A stretch of DNA of 64,000 bases from an uncultured Bacteriovoracaceae bacterium (GCA_964012805.1 CAXGUD010000009.1:32001-96000), one strand, 5' to 3'; numbered from the stretch's first letter, positions 30,192 through 39,964 are shown. Program-made: numbers and translations. Notes: generated by a model from the letters alone, not told the origin.

Positions 30192-30932
30192 TTATTTTTT
30201 CTTTAAAGGCTTGTTGAATTTTTTTGAATCAGAAGGCCGGCTTTTCGAATAACTCTTACCTTGAGAACCATTAATCCTTCTTTGGTTTGAGGTTTTGCGG
30301 TCCCTATTTGTTTCTGTGTGCCTACCACTATCTGGAGTCTCGTTCCTCTTTGGCTCATCGGAACCTTCCAGGTCGTCAGTTTTAAAACCTTTTGGCCTAC
30401 GGTATCCACCAGAAGAAACTTTAGAAAGAAGTGAAACTTCATCTTCTGTTACTTCTTTATTCTCATCCCAAGTTCGAAACCATTTCTTCTTATTCTCAGT
30501 TCTTTTCTGAGCTGACTCTGTTCGTCTCTGCTCCTTAGTCTCGTCTATACTCGTATTTTTTCTAACCCTTGTTGAAGGTTTCTTAAAGCCGCCCTTTTTC
30601 ATTTTGTTTCTAAGTGCCTCGTTATCTTTTTTCTTATCATGCTCAGAGAGGTCGAGAATGACGATTTCATCACCACAAATCTTAGTCTGGCAAGAAAGCC
30701 TCTCTTTGGTAATATGAAAGACATTACCTAAAAGCTGCACTTCTTCAAAAGGAGGAGTTGTAAGAGCATCTTCTCCAGCTATCACTTTTACCCGACAATC
30801 TGTACAACTAGCGACACCTCCACAACTAGACTTTATATACACTCCCTTCTCTTTTAAGGCCTCAAGAATAGATTTATCCTCATCTATTTCAAACTCCTGG
30901 CCAGAAGGCTTCAGCATTACTTTTTTGGTCAT
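30192..30932 (-). CDS. 2Fe-2S ferredoxin domain protein with long charged C-terminal tail
   Basis: SSCGGVASCTDC...RLSCQ; start set at ATG 30932 behind an AGGGGG RBS. Confidence 0.85.
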   Translation of the reverse strand: MTKKVMLKPSGQEFEIDEDKSILEALKEKGVYIKSSCGGVASCTDCRVKVIAGEDALTTPPFEEVQLLGNVFHITKERLSCQTKICGDEIVILDLSEHDKKKDNEALRNKMKKGGFKKPSTRVRKNTSIDETKEQRRTESAQKRTENKKKWFRTWDENKEVTEDEVSLLSKVSSGGYRRPKGFKTDDLEGSDEPKRNETPDSGRHTETNRDRKTSNQRRINGSQGKSYSKSRPSDSKKFNKPLKKK

Positions 30933-30977
30933 AGAGTTTCCCCCTAACAATGATATCTTTGATATCTTATTTAAAAA

Positions 30978-31262
30978 CTACAACAAGTTCCTAAGTCCAT
31001 CTTCTAGGCCCTTAGAAATCTTTGAACTCAAAGGTTTAAGCAAAAAGGAAAGAGATATTTCAACCACACATCGATCCTCTTGGAAGATAAAAGAAGCTTT
31101 AAACCCTTTCCCAGTCCCCTCTATAAAACCTTTTTCTTTATCAAACTCAATTTTTATCTTTAGCTTAAATTGGGATAAGAAGCTTGGATCTATTTTTTCT
31201 TTAACAAGATCAAAAGCCTCATCACCGTTATTTGCGACTTGATAAGGTATCTCCAACTTCAC
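30978..31262 (-). CDS. Small protein resembling the polyhydroxyalkanoate-system (PHA_gran_rgn) family
   Basis: 94 aa; GTGKGFKA...VEISLSFLLKPL pattern. Confidence 0.55.
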   Translation of the reverse strand: MKLEIPYQVANNGDEAFDLVKEKIDPSFLSQFKLKIKIEFDKEKGFIEGTGKGFKASFIFQEDRCVVEISLSFLLKPLSSKISKGLEDGLRNLL

Positions 31263-31276
31263 TTATTCTCCCATTT

Positions 31277-31744
31277 TTAAAGGTGACCTGTGGAACCAAA
31301 TCCTCTCGTACCTCTTTCTGTCTGACTCAATTCACCATCCCACACTTTAAACTCTGCTCTCCAAACAGGCGCGAGAACAATTTGTGCGACTCTTTCACCA
31401 TGAGCTATAACTTCTTCATTAGTACCGAGGTTACCCAAAATAACCTTCAGCTCTCCACGATAATCCGAGTCAATCGTCCCAGGTGAGTTTAAAACCATCA
31501 GGCTTGTTTTAAAGGAAAGGCCCGACCTAGGCCTTACTTGAACTTCATAACCCTCTGGAATTTCTAATGATAGACCAGTTGGCAAAAGAGCTTTTTCTCC
31601 AGGTGCTAGAGTCAAAGACTCTTTATCAGGAAAGGAAACTCTCAAATCAGCTCCAGCAGCTTGCAAACTTTCATAAGCCGGAAGACAAAAGCTAGAATCA
31701 AAGTGACTCAGCTTTTTAACTTTTACGACAACTGACCTTTCCAT
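31277..31744 (-). CDS. dut: dUTP diphosphatase
   Basis: AAGADL, RPRSGL, GTIDSDYRGE, RVAQ, RGTRGFGSTG; start at ATG 31744 behind AAGGAG. Confidence 0.96.
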   Translation of the reverse strand: MERSVVVKVKKLSHFDSSFCLPAYESLQAAGADLRVSFPDKESLTLAPGEKALLPTGLSLEIPEGYEVQVRPRSGLSFKTSLMVLNSPGTIDSDYRGELKVILGNLGTNEEVIAHGERVAQIVLAPVWRAEFKVWDGELSQTERGTRGFGSTGHL

Positions 31745-31769
31745 AAATTGCTTATCTCCTTTAAAATGC

Positions 31770-31800
31770 AAAAAGGCGGCCCTGACAAAGCCGCCTTTTT
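31770..31800 (-). terminator. Intrinsic terminator after pnp
   Basis: AAAAAGGCGGC-loop-GCCGCCTTTTT. Confidence 0.85.
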
Positions 31801-31837
31801 ATGCTCCAATTAAGGAATTTTTCAAACCTATTTTAAT

Positions 31838-33961
31838 TTAGCTTTTTTTACCAAGCGGCTTAACAGCTTTGGCAGAAAGCTTAATTTTTCCCATTCTATC
31901 GACATCTAGGACTTTAACCTCTACCTCGTCTCCTTCACTCAAGTATTCATGAATGTCGTTGACTCTTTCATTAGCAACTTCTGAAATATGAACAAGTCCC
32001 GAAACTCCTGGAACAATATCGACAAAAGCACCATATTCTTTAAGAGTGATAACTTTCCCAAGGTAATCTTTACCGATTTCAGGTCCTTTAATCTGAAGTT
32101 CTATACAGCTTTGACAATCACTTAAAACATTATCATCTAGCCCAAGAACCTTCACAGTTCCATCCTCTTCGCACTCAAGAGTTACATCAAATTTTTCTTG
32201 GACTGCTTTAATATTTTTCCCACCAGGTCCAATTAAAGCACCAATTTTATCTTGGGGTATTTTGAAAGAAACCATACGAGGCACGCCATCTTTGAAGTTT
32301 GCTCTGTGCTTGGAAATCGTTTTGGCCATCTCACCCAATATGTGATTTCTTCCATTCTTGGCCTTATCGAGGGCCTCCACGAAAATTTCTTTAGAAATCC
32401 CTTCAATCTTAATATCCATCTGAATCGCAGTGATTCCTTTCGTTGTTCCTGCGACTTTAAAGTCCATATCTCCAAGGTGGTCTTCATCACCTAAGATATC
32501 AGTTAAAACTTTATAATCATCTCCTTCCTTAATAAGCCCCATAGCAATACCACCTACAGGCTCTTTCAGAGGAACACCAGCATCCATAAGGGCCATAGAA
32601 CCAGAACATACAGAACCCATAGAAGAAGAACCATTTGACTCTAGAACTTCACAAGCAACTCTCATTGTATAACCAAAGTCGTCTTTGCTAGGTAAAACAG
32701 CTTTTAGAGCTCTTTCGGCAAGGTTTCCATGACCTAGTTCGCGTCTAGAAACGCTAAACTTTCCTCTTGCTTCACCAACTGAAAAAGGAGGGAAATTATA
32801 GTGAAGGTAGAAACGGTCAAAGTTTTGGCCTGAAATCCGATCTGTCATTTGCTCGCCTTTCACCCCCCCAACAGTGACGGTAGAAAGAACTTGAGTTTCA
32901 CCTCTAGTAAAGAGGCCAGAGCCGTGAGGAGTCTCCAAAATGTTAACTTCAGTTTCGATTTGACGAACTTCATCTAATCCACGGCCAGCAATCCTTTTTT
33001 CTTCCTTCATGATATCATTTCTCATCATGTGATACAGAAGCTCATCAACAACACTATAGGCTTCTTTACCGAAAGAAGCATCAGCAGAAAGTCCAAAAGA
33101 CTCTGGGTCTTTCTCAATAGTTTCTGCGACTTTCTTTTCAAGAACTTTTACAGCTTTTTGTCTTTCAAGCTTTGGAACAATATCTAAAACGCTTCTAGCG
33201 TCTGAAGAAAAGTCTTCTTTTACCTTATTAAAGAAAGTCTCATTAGGTTGAGCCGATACAAACTCTCTCTTAGCTACACCGACTTCTTCTCTCATCTTCT
33301 CCATAACATCACAAGCAGCTCTGATATGCTCATGAGCAAACTCTATGGCCTCCATCATTTCGCTTTCAGAAATCTCAGTTGCTTCTCCTTCAACCATTAA
33401 AATTGCATCTTTAGAAGCAGATACGGCTAACTCTAGATCTGATTTCTCCCATTCAGCATGACTTGGATTTAAAACAAGCTTACCGTCAATTCGGCCAACC
33501 TTGGCAGTACTTACAGGGCCACCAAAAGGTATATCTGAAATGCAAAGAGCTGCAGAAGCTCCCATTCCAGCTAAAACCTCAGCATCACCATTTTCACCAT
33601 AAGATAGGACAGTTGCTGCAATAATCGTTTCAAACATATATCCTTTTGGAAACAAAGGCCTTAGGGGTCTATCTATTAAACGAGCATTCAGAGTCTCACC
33701 AACACTTGGTTTAGCCTCTCGCTTGATAAAACCACCAAGAAACTTTCCAGCAGCATAAAATTTTTCAACATAGTCTACGGTCAGAGGAAAGAAGTCCTGA
33801 CCATCCTTCATTTCTCTTGAAGAACATGCTGTAACAAGGACTTGAGTCCCATTACAGGAAATAAGAACAGAACCATCAGCCTGTTTTGCTAAACGACCTG
33901 TTTCAATGACAACATTCTTCCCTCCGTAGTCAAACGAGTATTCTTTTTTATTTTCATTCAT
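31838..33961 (-). CDS. pnp: Polyribonucleotide nucleotidyltransferase
   Basis: ETGRLAKQADG, RLIDRPLRPLF, FTRGETQ, SNGSSSMGSVC, EDHLGDMDFKVAG, KH and S1 domains; start at ATG 33961 behind GGAG. Confidence 0.98.
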   Translation of the reverse strand: MNENKKEYSFDYGGKNVVIETGRLAKQADGSVLISCNGTQVLVTACSSREMKDGQDFFPLTVDYVEKFYAAGKFLGGFIKREAKPSVGETLNARLIDRPLRPLFPKGYMFETIIAATVLSYGENGDAEVLAGMGASAALCISDIPFGGPVSTAKVGRIDGKLVLNPSHAEWEKSDLELAVSASKDAILMVEGEATEISESEMMEAIEFAHEHIRAACDVMEKMREEVGVAKREFVSAQPNETFFNKVKEDFSSDARSVLDIVPKLERQKAVKVLEKKVAETIEKDPESFGLSADASFGKEAYSVVDELLYHMMRNDIMKEEKRIAGRGLDEVRQIETEVNILETPHGSGLFTRGETQVLSTVTVGGVKGEQMTDRISGQNFDRFYLHYNFPPFSVGEARGKFSVSRRELGHGNLAERALKAVLPSKDDFGYTMRVACEVLESNGSSSMGSVCSGSMALMDAGVPLKEPVGGIAMGLIKEGDDYKVLTDILGDEDHLGDMDFKVAGTTKGITAIQMDIKIEGISKEIFVEALDKAKNGRNHILGEMAKTISKHRANFKDGVPRMVSFKIPQDKIGALIGPGGKNIKAVQEKFDVTLECEEDGTVKVLGLDDNVLSDCQSCIELQIKGPEIGKDYLGKVITLKEYGAFVDIVPGVSGLVHISEVANERVNDIHEYLSEGDEVEVKVLDVDRMGKIKLSAKAVKPLGKKS

Positions 33962-34112
33962 AGAAAAAATCTCCACTATTCAAAGTTACAACTCCCTCAA
34001 TTAAATTACGTAGACCTAGACCTAGCTATACAAACTAAGAGAGTTTTTTATTTATTAAACTAATTTTCACTTCTAAAAGCGATTCAACAAAATCTGGAAA
34101 ACCTAAGATGAC

Positions 34113-34283
34113 CTGAGCTTTCTAAGCTTGCAAGAGTTATAAAAGTTCAGAAAGCTGTAGAGAGGAATTTAAAAGATATTTCAAAAAAGCTAGCCACACT
34201 ACCATTTTTTCAAATATCCCTTATATTCTCTCTCCCTACAATTTTTATTAACTCTTAAACTTTTGAAATCTAAAAAACTCAAG
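34113..34283 (-). promoter_or_regulatory. Long imperfect hairpin in the pnp 5' leader (candidate RNase III processing stem)
   Basis: Nested inverted repeats around a loop at ~34194-34198; several mismatches become G-U pairs on the minus strand. Confidence 0.7.
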
Positions 34284-34296
34284 CCTCACGGCTCCT

Positions 34297-34329
34297 AAAA
34301 AAAAAGGGAGTTCTAAAACTCCCTTTTTT
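34297..34329 (-). terminator. Intrinsic terminator after rpsO
   Basis: A9-GGGAGT-loop-ACTCCC-T6. Confidence 0.88.
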
Positions 34330-34342
34330 ATAATCTCAAATG

Positions 34343-34609
34343 TTATTTTCTCAAACCTAATGCTTTAATTAAGTCGGTATACTCTGCCGGCTTCTTTCTC
34401 GACAAATAATTGAGGAGCGACTTTCTTTTCCCAATCATCTTAAGCAAACCTCTATTGGAATGATAATCATGGCGGTTTTCCTTAAAGTGAACCTTCAAGT
34501 TCTCAATTCTTCTTGTCAGAATTGCTACCTGAGACTGAACACAACCAGTATCATTCTCATTTTTTCCAAATTGACTAATAATTTCTTTTTTTTCTTCTGC
34601 AGTAATCAT
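34343..34609 (-). CDS. rpsO: 30S ribosomal protein S15
   Basis: DTGCVQSQVAILTRRI, DYHSNRGLLKMIGKRKSLL; start trimmed to ATG 34609 (GTG 34612 possible) behind AAGGGG. Confidence 0.97.
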   Translation of the reverse strand: MITAEEKKEIISQFGKNENDTGCVQSQVAILTRRIENLKVHFKENRHDYHSNRGLLKMIGKRKSLLNYLSRKKPAEYTDLIKALGLRK

Positions 34610-34689
34610 CACTGTCCCCTTTAACTTACAAAATCTCCAAGCTCTTACAAAACCCGAAAATATGCGCATATACTAACAATTACCGATTC

Positions 34690-35895
34690 TTATCGAATAA
34701 ACTTTGACATGTAAACCCTTAAATTCTTCAAGAGCCTTTCCTCAATTTGGCGGATTCTCTCCCTAGAAACCCCATAGGAGTTGGCAAGGGTCTGCAGGGA
34801 AGGTGGTACTTCCTCAAGTAGCCGTTTTTTAAAGATTTCTAAGTCTCTGGGCTTTAACGTTTCCAAAAAACCCCCCAAATTTTCTTTGAGAAGGTCTACC
34901 TCCTGACTAGCCGCAACAATACTTTCTAAGCCTCCGTCATACTTAGAGTCAACAAGGTTATCTCCTAAAGTTCCCTTTTCTGAGTCTTCAAAAAGAGGCT
35001 TATCAATACTAACTTCCCCACCTTGCTCACCAAGTCTTTGATCCATAACAACGACGGCTTTTTCGGAAACACCTAGGTTTTCTGAGAGAGTTTTTGTATC
35101 AGGGTCTATCCCCATACTCAAAAGCCGATTCTTTTCTTTCATAAGATTATAAAAAAGCTTTTTTTGTTCGTTTGTTGTTCCAATCTTTATGAGGCGAAAG
35201 TTATCTAAAATAAACTTAAGGATGTAAGATCGAATCCACCAGCTAGCATAGTAAGACAGTTTTGCACCTTTAGAGCGGTCATATTTTGAAACCGCTTTCA
35301 TGAGACCGATATTTCCTTCCTGAATTAAGTCCATTACATTCTGATGAGCAGATCGATACTCCATGGCAATTTTAACAACTAACCTTAAATTGGCCAAAAC
35401 CAATTTTCGTGCTATTTCAATATCACCCGTTTCTTCTAAGGCTTTTGTTAAAGCTTGTTCTTGTTCTAAAGAAAGAAGGTCATAACGGTTAATCTCTCTT
35501 ATATAGACGGTTAGAGGGTCGCTAACCTTATCCGGTTCATAAAGGGTGACTTCTTTAGAGGAAGAGAGGTCCTTTTTAGAGCCCAATTCCTTTAAAGCCT
35601 CATCTGAACTTTGATGCTTAGAGGGATCAATGACCTCGACTACGACATCATCATTTGACTTCTTTTCCCCTGAAGGGCTATAAATATTTTTTATTGAATC
35701 AACATTCGCTTTAAGAACTTTGCTCTTATCATTGGACACTTCAATAATTTTATCAACCTTGGAAGGAGCCTTGGACTTGCCCTTTTTAGCAGAACGAGAA
35801 TAGGCTTTCTTTTTACCCTCTGATGAACTTTTAGAATTCTTTTCCCTCATTGATCTTTTGCTTTTCCCATAAATATTTGGATAAACTCTTAGCAT
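34690..35895 (-). CDS. rpoH: RpoH/sigma32-family RNA polymerase sigma factor with long charged N-terminal extension
   Basis: LANLRLVVKIA, DLIQEGNIGLMKAV, YASWWIR, RpoH-box-like QKKLFYNL, GVSRERIRQIE; true start may be ATG 35850. Confidence 0.8.
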   Translation of the reverse strand: MLRVYPNIYGKSKRSMREKNSKSSSEGKKKAYSRSAKKGKSKAPSKVDKIIEVSNDKSKVLKANVDSIKNIYSPSGEKKSNDDVVVEVIDPSKHQSSDEALKELGSKKDLSSSKEVTLYEPDKVSDPLTVYIREINRYDLLSLEQEQALTKALEETGDIEIARKLVLANLRLVVKIAMEYRSAHQNVMDLIQEGNIGLMKAVSKYDRSKGAKLSYYASWWIRSYILKFILDNFRLIKIGTTNEQKKLFYNLMKEKNRLLSMGIDPDTKTLSENLGVSEKAVVVMDQRLGEQGGEVSIDKPLFEDSEKGTLGDNLVDSKYDGGLESIVAASQEVDLLKENLGGFLETLKPRDLEIFKKRLLEEVPPSLQTLANSYGVSRERIRQIEERLLKNLRVYMSKFIR

Positions 35896-36014
35896 TTAAG
35901 CCATAAAATATAGCCTAATCAGCCCAAGATAACACAATTTTAAAAAAAGAACATCATGAGTGGGAATTTTACACTTCAAAAATATTTTTAAACACTAAAC
36001 AATTTGAAATTGGC

Positions 36015-37670
36015 CTATAAATTCATAAGTGAGATTCTATGCTTATAATGCATGTACCTAAGAGCATAAATACCGTAATAAAAATCTATAGGTAAAGAGA
36101 GAATTTTGGGTTTATCTGTTTCAAAGAAATTGCCCCTATAGCCTTCCAGTTGCCTTAATAGCTCCCTAGCAATCAAAGCCTCAAGGTTTTTCCGCCACGG
36201 AGGAAGCTTCCAAAGGGTCTTTTTAGATATAACTTGGTCTCTTATGTGAGCGGTAAAAAGCTTTTTCAATGATTTGATCTTTTTCTTATTCCCTAGCCGC
36301 CGGGCTTCGATCAACTCACTTCTCTGCCAACTTAGAAAGCTTTTAGGCAATTTTATGGTAATTGTTGTCTTCAACTTACCAAGCATACTCACAACTCTAT
36401 CTAATTCACCAAGATTAACATCAAGTTTTACGCCAAAGTCTGGGTTTAAGTTGTTAAAATAGAGCTTCTTTCGAACAGGTTCTATAATAAAGGACTCTTC
36501 AAAAAGAATTTCTTCATTAAAGTGGTTATTCTGCTTTTTTGCCCACCTTCTCCACGACCTCTCCATAGAAGCCTTGGTAAATTCTAGTCCATCATTTAAT
36601 TTTTTTGCTCCCACTAAGAGATCCGGAATACCAGTTATAAGCGCAATCATTTGAGAGACCATCAAATTATCTTCAATCAAGTCTTTTTTCTCTATTATTC
36701 TTTTCACTCGTGGTTCTTGGTTTTTATAAGTGTACCCAGCTTCAAGAAAATCTTCACAATAGAGGTTTTCAAGATCTCTTTTAAACGTTTTAGACCCTAT
36801 TGATTTCCATCGAAGGTTATTAAACTTCTTGTGTCCCACACGTCTACAAATATACTCTTCACACCAGACTTGAACTGTTTTTAAATTTCTTTTAGGTAGG
36901 CTTTTATTCTGGACTTCGTCCCAAACGAGCCCTTTGTTAGTCAATTGCCTTATTACAAAAGAAATGATGGAAGGGTGCTTTGCTAAAGGAACTAAAAGCC
37001 GCAAGTTTTGAGCATCATTACCCCAAGAGCAAAAAGCTCTAAAAAGCTTAATTGAATACATAAATTCTTGCTCAAGCTTTTCCCTTTCTCCATTAATTTG
37101 AAGAAGACTCCTAGGGAAAAAAGGGTTCTTCTCAATATTTGGGATCTCAAGCTTTTTTCCACTAGAACTAAATTGAAGCTTGAAGTTTTTTTTAAGTTGT
37201 CTCTGGCTAATTATCGTCATATTTTTAGAGCAAAAATTATTCGTTAAATTTTGCACTAGGTTGTTAAAATCACTTTTTTTTAATTCAAGCTCTTTTGAAT
37301 AATCTGAAATGGCCCTCAAGGTCAGGTCAATTCCAATGTACTGAAGAGTTGCTAATAGAGACCTTTTGGTCTCAACCCTTTCTTTATAAGTTGAATATCT
37401 AATCTTTCTTTCTACCTTACAGTAGTTTTTAAGTTTTTGACCCTCAAGATAGAAACCTCTAAAGTATCCCAATTGTCTTTTTAAATCTTTATAGTCACTT
37501 GATGAGTTTAAAGGTTCTTCACGTCTGAAAATATACTCAAGGGGATCACTTTTTTCCCTCTTATAAAGAGAAGAGAAGTCTCCTAAAACAAGGCTCTCAA
37601 CTGGTACCAGGGAGTATACCTTGGAAATACAAAATAAAAATAAAAGTGATATGGAGGCAATTTTTCTCAC
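36015..37670 (-). CDS. Hypothetical exported protein
   Basis: 551-aa ORF, signal peptide, several Cys. Confidence 0.75.
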   Translation of the reverse strand: MRKIASISLLFLFCISKVYSLVPVESLVLGDFSSLYKREKSDPLEYIFRREEPLNSSSDYKDLKRQLGYFRGFYLEGQKLKNYCKVERKIRYSTYKERVETKRSLLATLQYIGIDLTLRAISDYSKELELKKSDFNNLVQNLTNNFCSKNMTIISQRQLKKNFKLQFSSSGKKLEIPNIEKNPFFPRSLLQINGEREKLEQEFMYSIKLFRAFCSWGNDAQNLRLLVPLAKHPSIISFVIRQLTNKGLVWDEVQNKSLPKRNLKTVQVWCEEYICRRVGHKKFNNLRWKSIGSKTFKRDLENLYCEDFLEAGYTYKNQEPRVKRIIEKKDLIEDNLMVSQMIALITGIPDLLVGAKKLNDGLEFTKASMERSWRRWAKKQNNHFNEEILFEESFIIEPVRKKLYFNNLNPDFGVKLDVNLGELDRVVSMLGKLKTTITIKLPKSFLSWQRSELIEARRLGNKKKIKSLKKLFTAHIRDQVISKKTLWKLPPWRKNLEALIARELLRQLEGYRGNFFETDKPKILSLPIDFYYGIYALRYMHYKHRISLMNL

Positions 37671-37688
37671 TTCAACACCCTCTCATGT

Positions 37689-37715
37689 TTATCGGGCATT
37701 CAAAAAAATAATTTA
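37689..37715 (-). promoter_or_regulatory. sigma28 (FliA)-type promoter
   Basis: TAAA-N15-CCCGATAA against consensus TAAA-N15-GCCGATAA, 18 nt upstream of the GTG start. Confidence 0.7.
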
Positions 37716-37780
37716 TAATAATTACCCTAAAAAAGACTTTCATCTATTTCGTAATAAATTTACCCATCCTCTATAGTCCT

Positions 37781-39244
37781 TTGAAACCAAATAAGGTTAT
37801 CAAATCTCCAACCGATGAATCTTCCATGAAAAGTACTTCTTTTTGTAAAAACATTATGACCATTTTTTTTTCGCTGCTTGTAGTAAACCTCCAACAAGCC
37901 ATTGGGGAGGAAAAAATTGCCTGGGAGAAAATGAGCCAGGGAGATGTCCTAGATTATTTTCAAGTTATTAAAGAAAAAAAGAATAAAAAAAATTCCTTTT
38001 TTCTAAAAAAAGCCAAATTTAATATTATTAATGGTAATTTAAAGGCTGCGGAATTCTATTTAAAAAATATCTCTTCAAAGAATAAAGCTATTGTCTATCC
38101 AAAAAAAAGACTCCAATCCCTAATATATTTTCTTAAAGAAGACTATGTTAACTCTCTTAAAATTCTTGAAGACCCTGAGTTTTCATTTTTCTCTTTTTAT
38201 AAGGAAACTTGTTTAATCAAAATCCTAAATTTAATGGCCCTTAGCAAAACTGAAAAGCTTTCAAAAGAAACTGAATTATGCCAAGAAGCATCTTTAAAAT
38301 ACTCTAAAAAAGATCATTTCTGGCTTAAAAATACTGTAAAAGTAAAAAATGGTTATGCTATTCAAATTGGACAAGAGTCTCCCCTTCAACTCAAAAAGCT
38401 TTTTGAAGATAAAGAAATGACTACTTTATGGTTAAAATTAGCAATTTTCCTTAATAAGGAAGAGAATATTGTTTCAAAATTGCCTAAACTTCCAAAAAAG
38501 CTTTATCGATCAAAAAAAATCAGAGAGCTAATCAGCTTTATATACTACAGGCTTAATCAAAAAAGTTTGGCTCTAGACTTTATTGAGGATATTTCGACAG
38601 CAAACTCAGAGAATATCAAAGGAAATTTGCGGCTAAAAGATAAGGAATTTGAGCTAGCTTACGGACATTTCCAACTCGCATTGAAAAATAAAGTTAATTC
38701 AAAAAATGCACTCGAAAGATCTCTTCCCCTTTCCTGGATACTCAGAAAATGGAAACAAGGTAAAAAACACCTAAGCTCTATTTTAAGCGAAGATATAGAC
38801 CCTAGAAAAAAGCGGTCTCTTGACACTGCATTTCTTATCCAAATGGGCCTTTTTAAAAAAGCTCATGAACAATTGAAAAGGCTTAATTATGACTACACTG
38901 GTTTTATCCCCCTAGAGATTAACCTCATGAACAGCTATGTCTCCATCGTCAATAACAATGAAAAAGACCTGGATCGGTTTTCCCATGAAGCTTGCTTAAA
39001 GTTTGATGGTTTAAACTGTTGGGTTCGTTCTCAATTGCTTACTTGGGAACAGTTTCCTCAAACTCTTAAAAGAAAAGACCCCATTTATAAGGACGAACGG
39101 CTAACGCTTGATTCCTTAATCGAGCTTTCAGTTTTGCGACCTCTAAAAGAAGAGCTTATTGTGGACCAAAAAGACATTGAGGAGTTGGATAGCGCAGAAG
39201 TTAATTTGCCTAAAAGTCTTCATTACAAGGGCATTTTTGATTAA
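37781..39244 (+). CDS. Hypothetical exported TPR-like protein
   Basis: Helical repeat character; true start is probably ATG 37826 or 37856, downstream of the sigma28-like promoter. Confidence 0.7.
   Translation: MKPNKVIKSPTDESSMKSTSFCKNIMTIFFSLLVVNLQQAIGEEKIAWEKMSQGDVLDYFQVIKEKKNKKNSFFLKKAKFNIINGNLKAAEFYLKNISSKNKAIVYPKKRLQSLIYFLKEDYVNSLKILEDPEFSFFSFYKETCLIKILNLMALSKTEKLSKETELCQEASLKYSKKDHFWLKNTVKVKNGYAIQIGQESPLQLKKLFEDKEMTTLWLKLAIFLNKEENIVSKLPKLPKKLYRSKKIRELISFIYYRLNQKSLALDFIEDISTANSENIKGNLRLKDKEFELAYGHFQLALKNKVNSKNALERSLPLSWILRKWKQGKKHLSSILSEDIDPRKKRSLDTAFLIQMGLFKKAHEQLKRLNYDYTGFIPLEINLMNSYVSIVNNNEKDLDRFSHEACLKFDGLNCWVRSQLLTWEQFPQTLKRKDPIYKDERLTLDSLIELSVLRPLKEELIVDQKDIEELDSAEVNLPKSLHYKGIFD
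37792..37818 (+). promoter_or_regulatory. sigma28 (FliA)-type promoter
   Basis: TAAG-N15-ACCGATGA. Confidence 0.55.
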
Positions 39245-39248
39245 TTGC

Positions 39249-39283
39249 AAAAAAAAAGCACTCCCAAAGAGAGTGCTTTTTTT
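39249..39283. terminator. Bidirectional intrinsic terminator
   Basis: A-tract-GCACTC-loop-GAGTGC-T-tract between convergent genes. Confidence 0.88.
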
Positions 39284-39305
39284 AGATTTCTTTATAAAGG
39301 TATTC

Positions 39306-39581
39306 TTAAAGAAGATCTTTCCAAGCTTTTCCTGGTCTAAACTTTGGCACATTTTTTGCCTTAATTTTAAGTTTTTCACCAGTCGCTGGGTTAATCCCTG
39401 TTCTAGCTTTTCTTCTTACCTTAGTAAAAGTACCAAAGCCGATCAAAGAAACGTCTTCACCTTTTTTAACAGCTTTCTTGATCACATCTAAAGTTGTGTT
39501 CAAAAAAAGTTCCGCATCTTTTTTTGTCAATTCAAGTCCAGAGTCCTTGGCAACCTTTTCTAATAATTCCTGCCTGTTCAT
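39306..39581 (-). CDS. hup: HU family DNA-binding protein
   Basis: VSLIGFGTF, RKARTGINPATGE, PKFRPGK. Confidence 0.95.
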   Translation of the reverse strand: MNRQELLEKVAKDSGLELTKKDAELFLNTTLDVIKKAVKKGEDVSLIGFGTFTKVRRKARTGINPATGEKLKIKAKNVPKFRPGKAWKDLL

Positions 39582-39664
39582 AAATTCCCCTTTTTTGGTT
39601 CTCCCGAATTATTTTTTATTATAATTCCGGGGGCAATTAACTAGCCTAAAATTAATATGTAGCT

Positions 39665-39694
39665 ATTGTAATCAGGACATTCCCCTTATTGCAA
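39665..39694 (-). promoter_or_regulatory. Candidate sigma70 promoter for HU
   Basis: TTGCAA-N18-TACAAT on the minus strand. Confidence 0.45.
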
Positions 39695-39872
39695 TACATT
39701 TTTTTTTAAAAAGTTAAAGAGGTCTTAAAGAAAGGGGTTTTCGATCCTTCTTGGAAGATAAAACCTTGAATCGTTTATCAGTAGATCCTCTTAACCAAAC
39801 CTGTTAAGTGAAAATTCCAACAAGTTGTCCAAATAAAGGCTTTGCCAATTAAGTTTTAACAAATTATTTTTC

Positions 39873-39899
39873 TACATTTTCCTGCTTTAAAACCGATAA
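39873..39899 (+). promoter_or_regulatory. Possible sigma28-type promoter of the aldolase-mtnA pair
   Basis: TACA-N15-ACCGATAA. Confidence 0.45.
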
Positions 39900-39964
39900 A
39901 GAGGGTAATTTACGCTTTAGAACGAGCAGGGCAAAAAATAAATTGATTAAATTGGAGATCACTC

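Noticed and set aside
34011..34025. TAGACC short direct repeat
   Set aside because: About 2.5 copies of a hexamer; compatible with chance.
39143..39491. 78-aa and 110-aa ORFs overlapping HU
   Set aside because: They overlap HU and cross a bidirectional terminator; no motifs.
39774..39900. SAM-I riboswitch-like fragments (TTTATCA...TGCCAATT...GATAAA) upstream of aldolase-mtnA
   Set aside because: The conserved P2/kink-turn core (GAGGGA...GGCCC) and GCAACC are missing, and a sigma28-like promoter overlaps the 3' end. An Infernal search with the SAM-I model would settle it.
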